Origin: a virus
Length of the DNA stretch: 10,031 bases
UHGV virus genome: UHGV-0117372
Reading direction: 5' to 3' (one strand)
Part shown: piece after piece, positions 7,998-10,031 of the stretch
Position numbering within the stretch: position 1 is the stretch's first letter
How the letters are laid out: each line of letters opens with the position of its first letter
The notes under the pieces: model-generated
Databases searched by the model: none
Told to the model about the DNA's origin: nothing
The model's input: only the letters and a program-made list of their open reading frames with translations
Made by a program: the position numbers and the translations under genes

Positions 7998-8014
7998 AGA
8001 TTTATTAGTGCATT
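7998..8014 (-). promoter_or_regulatory. C1-operator-like site between coi and c1
   Basis: The reverse complement of 7998-8014 (AATGCACTAATAAATCT) matches the C1 operator consensus at 14 of 17 positions. A weaker site with a perfect TTGCTCTAA core lies inside coi at about 8170-8186 (11 of 17). Confidence 0.4.
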
Positions 8015-8223
8015 TATTGTGAGTCTAACTGGTTAGTTGCCATGAGATATTCGATTGTGTCAGTGAGGTCATCCAGGTCGTCTTGGGTGATGCGGTACTC
8101 CTGATTGGATATCTTTGAGTAGTGTTCAGCAATGGCGCGGGCTGCGTCGGTTTCGGCAGGGTCTACAGATAAAGCGTTAGAGCAATGTCTAACGTCGTCG
8201 ATGGTTGGTTGAATGAAAGCCAT
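8014..8223 (-). CDS. coi: Coi, C1 inactivator, 69 aa
   Basis: The 69-aa ORF (MAFIQPTIDDVRHCSNALS...) lies directly upstream of c1 on the same strand with a GAGG RBS. Size and position match P1 coi. Confidence 0.88.
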   Translation of the reverse strand: MAFIQPTIDDVRHCSNALSVDPAETDAARAIAEHYSKISNQEYRITQDDLDDLTDTIEYLMATNQLDSQ

Positions 8224-8341
8224 AATTATGCCTCACTGTATTGACAACACAGAGCCTGAAGCTCTGACCTACTGTTTCACCCATGATCCATGCTGGGGTA
8301 ATCTAACAACATTGCGCTGTGTGTAAGATGAGCAATGCATA

Positions 8342-9328
<987 letters not shown>

Positions 9329-9685
9329 GACTATATTTTGTACAGCAGTGGAGAAGGATGAGAGACCAGCAGTTCATTAACAGGGACTCCTTTTTGCTTA
9401 AGCGGCTCAATGGTTCTTTCTATATAAACCGTATTCCAGAGTGTTATCGCCGCCGTATGTAGTGTCAGCGCCGGTGGCGTGGTAACGCTGATCCTCCCAC
9501 CCCCAGATCCCTGATTTCATTCAGCCGGTGCATGAAGGATGCTCGCCCAAGGGCCTCACCCTTATTCAGCCCCGCCTGTATGCATCGGCCTAAGCCTTTA
9601 TCGCAAAATCAGTCCAGCATAAACAGCGTCCGATCTCTGCAGAAAATCGCCCTCAGCGCTACGAGTTTGAACGCATTTACTCTGT

Positions 9686-10031
9686 TTATAGGTAACATTC
9701 GCTCCACGATATAATGATATCGGCAACGTATTCAGCATCCTGAGCATGTGTCAGAAGGTGATCAGCCTTACCCAGGGAAATGAAACTCTTGGGATGCTTA
9801 GCTGCTTTGAATATTTTCTCGGCCTGATCAATTAACACGGTATCATCTTCAGTCGCATGAAAAATCAGCAGAGGTTTGTTCATGGCGAACACCTTATGAG
9901 CGATTTTGTGTTCCTGAATATTGTCCAGCATCTGTTTCTTTAACGTAAATACCCGCCCGGCCAGCTCAATGGGATAGGCTCCATGCTGGTTAATGTTTTC
10001 AACATCATCCTTAAAAAGACGTTTTACGTGT
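9686..10031 (-). CDS. Partial CDS (C-terminal part), alpha/beta-hydrolase-fold-like protein; N-terminus lies beyond the window end
   Basis: The minus-strand frame is open from the window edge to the stop at 9686 (…KDDVENINQHGAYPIELAGRVFTLKKQMLDNIQEHK…LLIFHATEDDTVLIDQ…GKADHLL…). The D…GxxDHLL pattern resembles the catalytic Asp/His region of alpha/beta hydrolases. The family call is tentative. Confidence 0.45.
   Translation of the reverse strand, partial: HVKRLFKDDVENINQHGAYPIELAGRVFTLKKQMLDNIQEHKIAHKVFAMNKPLLIFHATEDDTVLIDQAEKIFKAAKHPKSFISLGKADHLLTHAQDAEYVADIIISWSECYL

Noticed and set aside
8326-8341. C1-operator-like core GAGCAAT immediately before the IS5 end
   Set aside because: Only about 9 of 17 positions match the consensus; too weak to call, though it could be a remnant of a disrupted operator.

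Overview
This window reads as a bacteriophage P1-like phage-plasmid segment from an enterobacterial host, recognised from protein sequences and motifs by memory only (no searches were run). Left to right: the phd-doc addiction operon with its operator; two 'post-doc' genes (a small HTH-like protein and a 347-aa Cys/His-rich protein); the late-promoter activator lpa behind a C1-operator-like promoter; the terminase genes pacA and pacB, with the pac site (clusters of 4 and 3-4 TGATCA/G Dam hexamers) inside pacA; a C1-operator-fronted module encoding a structured leader or small RNA, an Icd-like 73-aa protein and a nested two-start antirepressor (immI-like); then, convergent, the immC genes c1 and coi. 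Directly upstream of coi a 3'-truncated IS5 copy replaces the expected imc and promoter region, and is followed by about 390 bp of unassigned DNA and the 3' part of an alpha/beta-hydrolase-like gene that runs off the window. The most notable points are the immI-like module packed between pacB and c1 (immI and immC are far apart in P1 as I recall it), the candidate small RNA, and the IS5-mediated rearrangement of the immC control region. No CRISPR array, tRNA or rRNA was seen.
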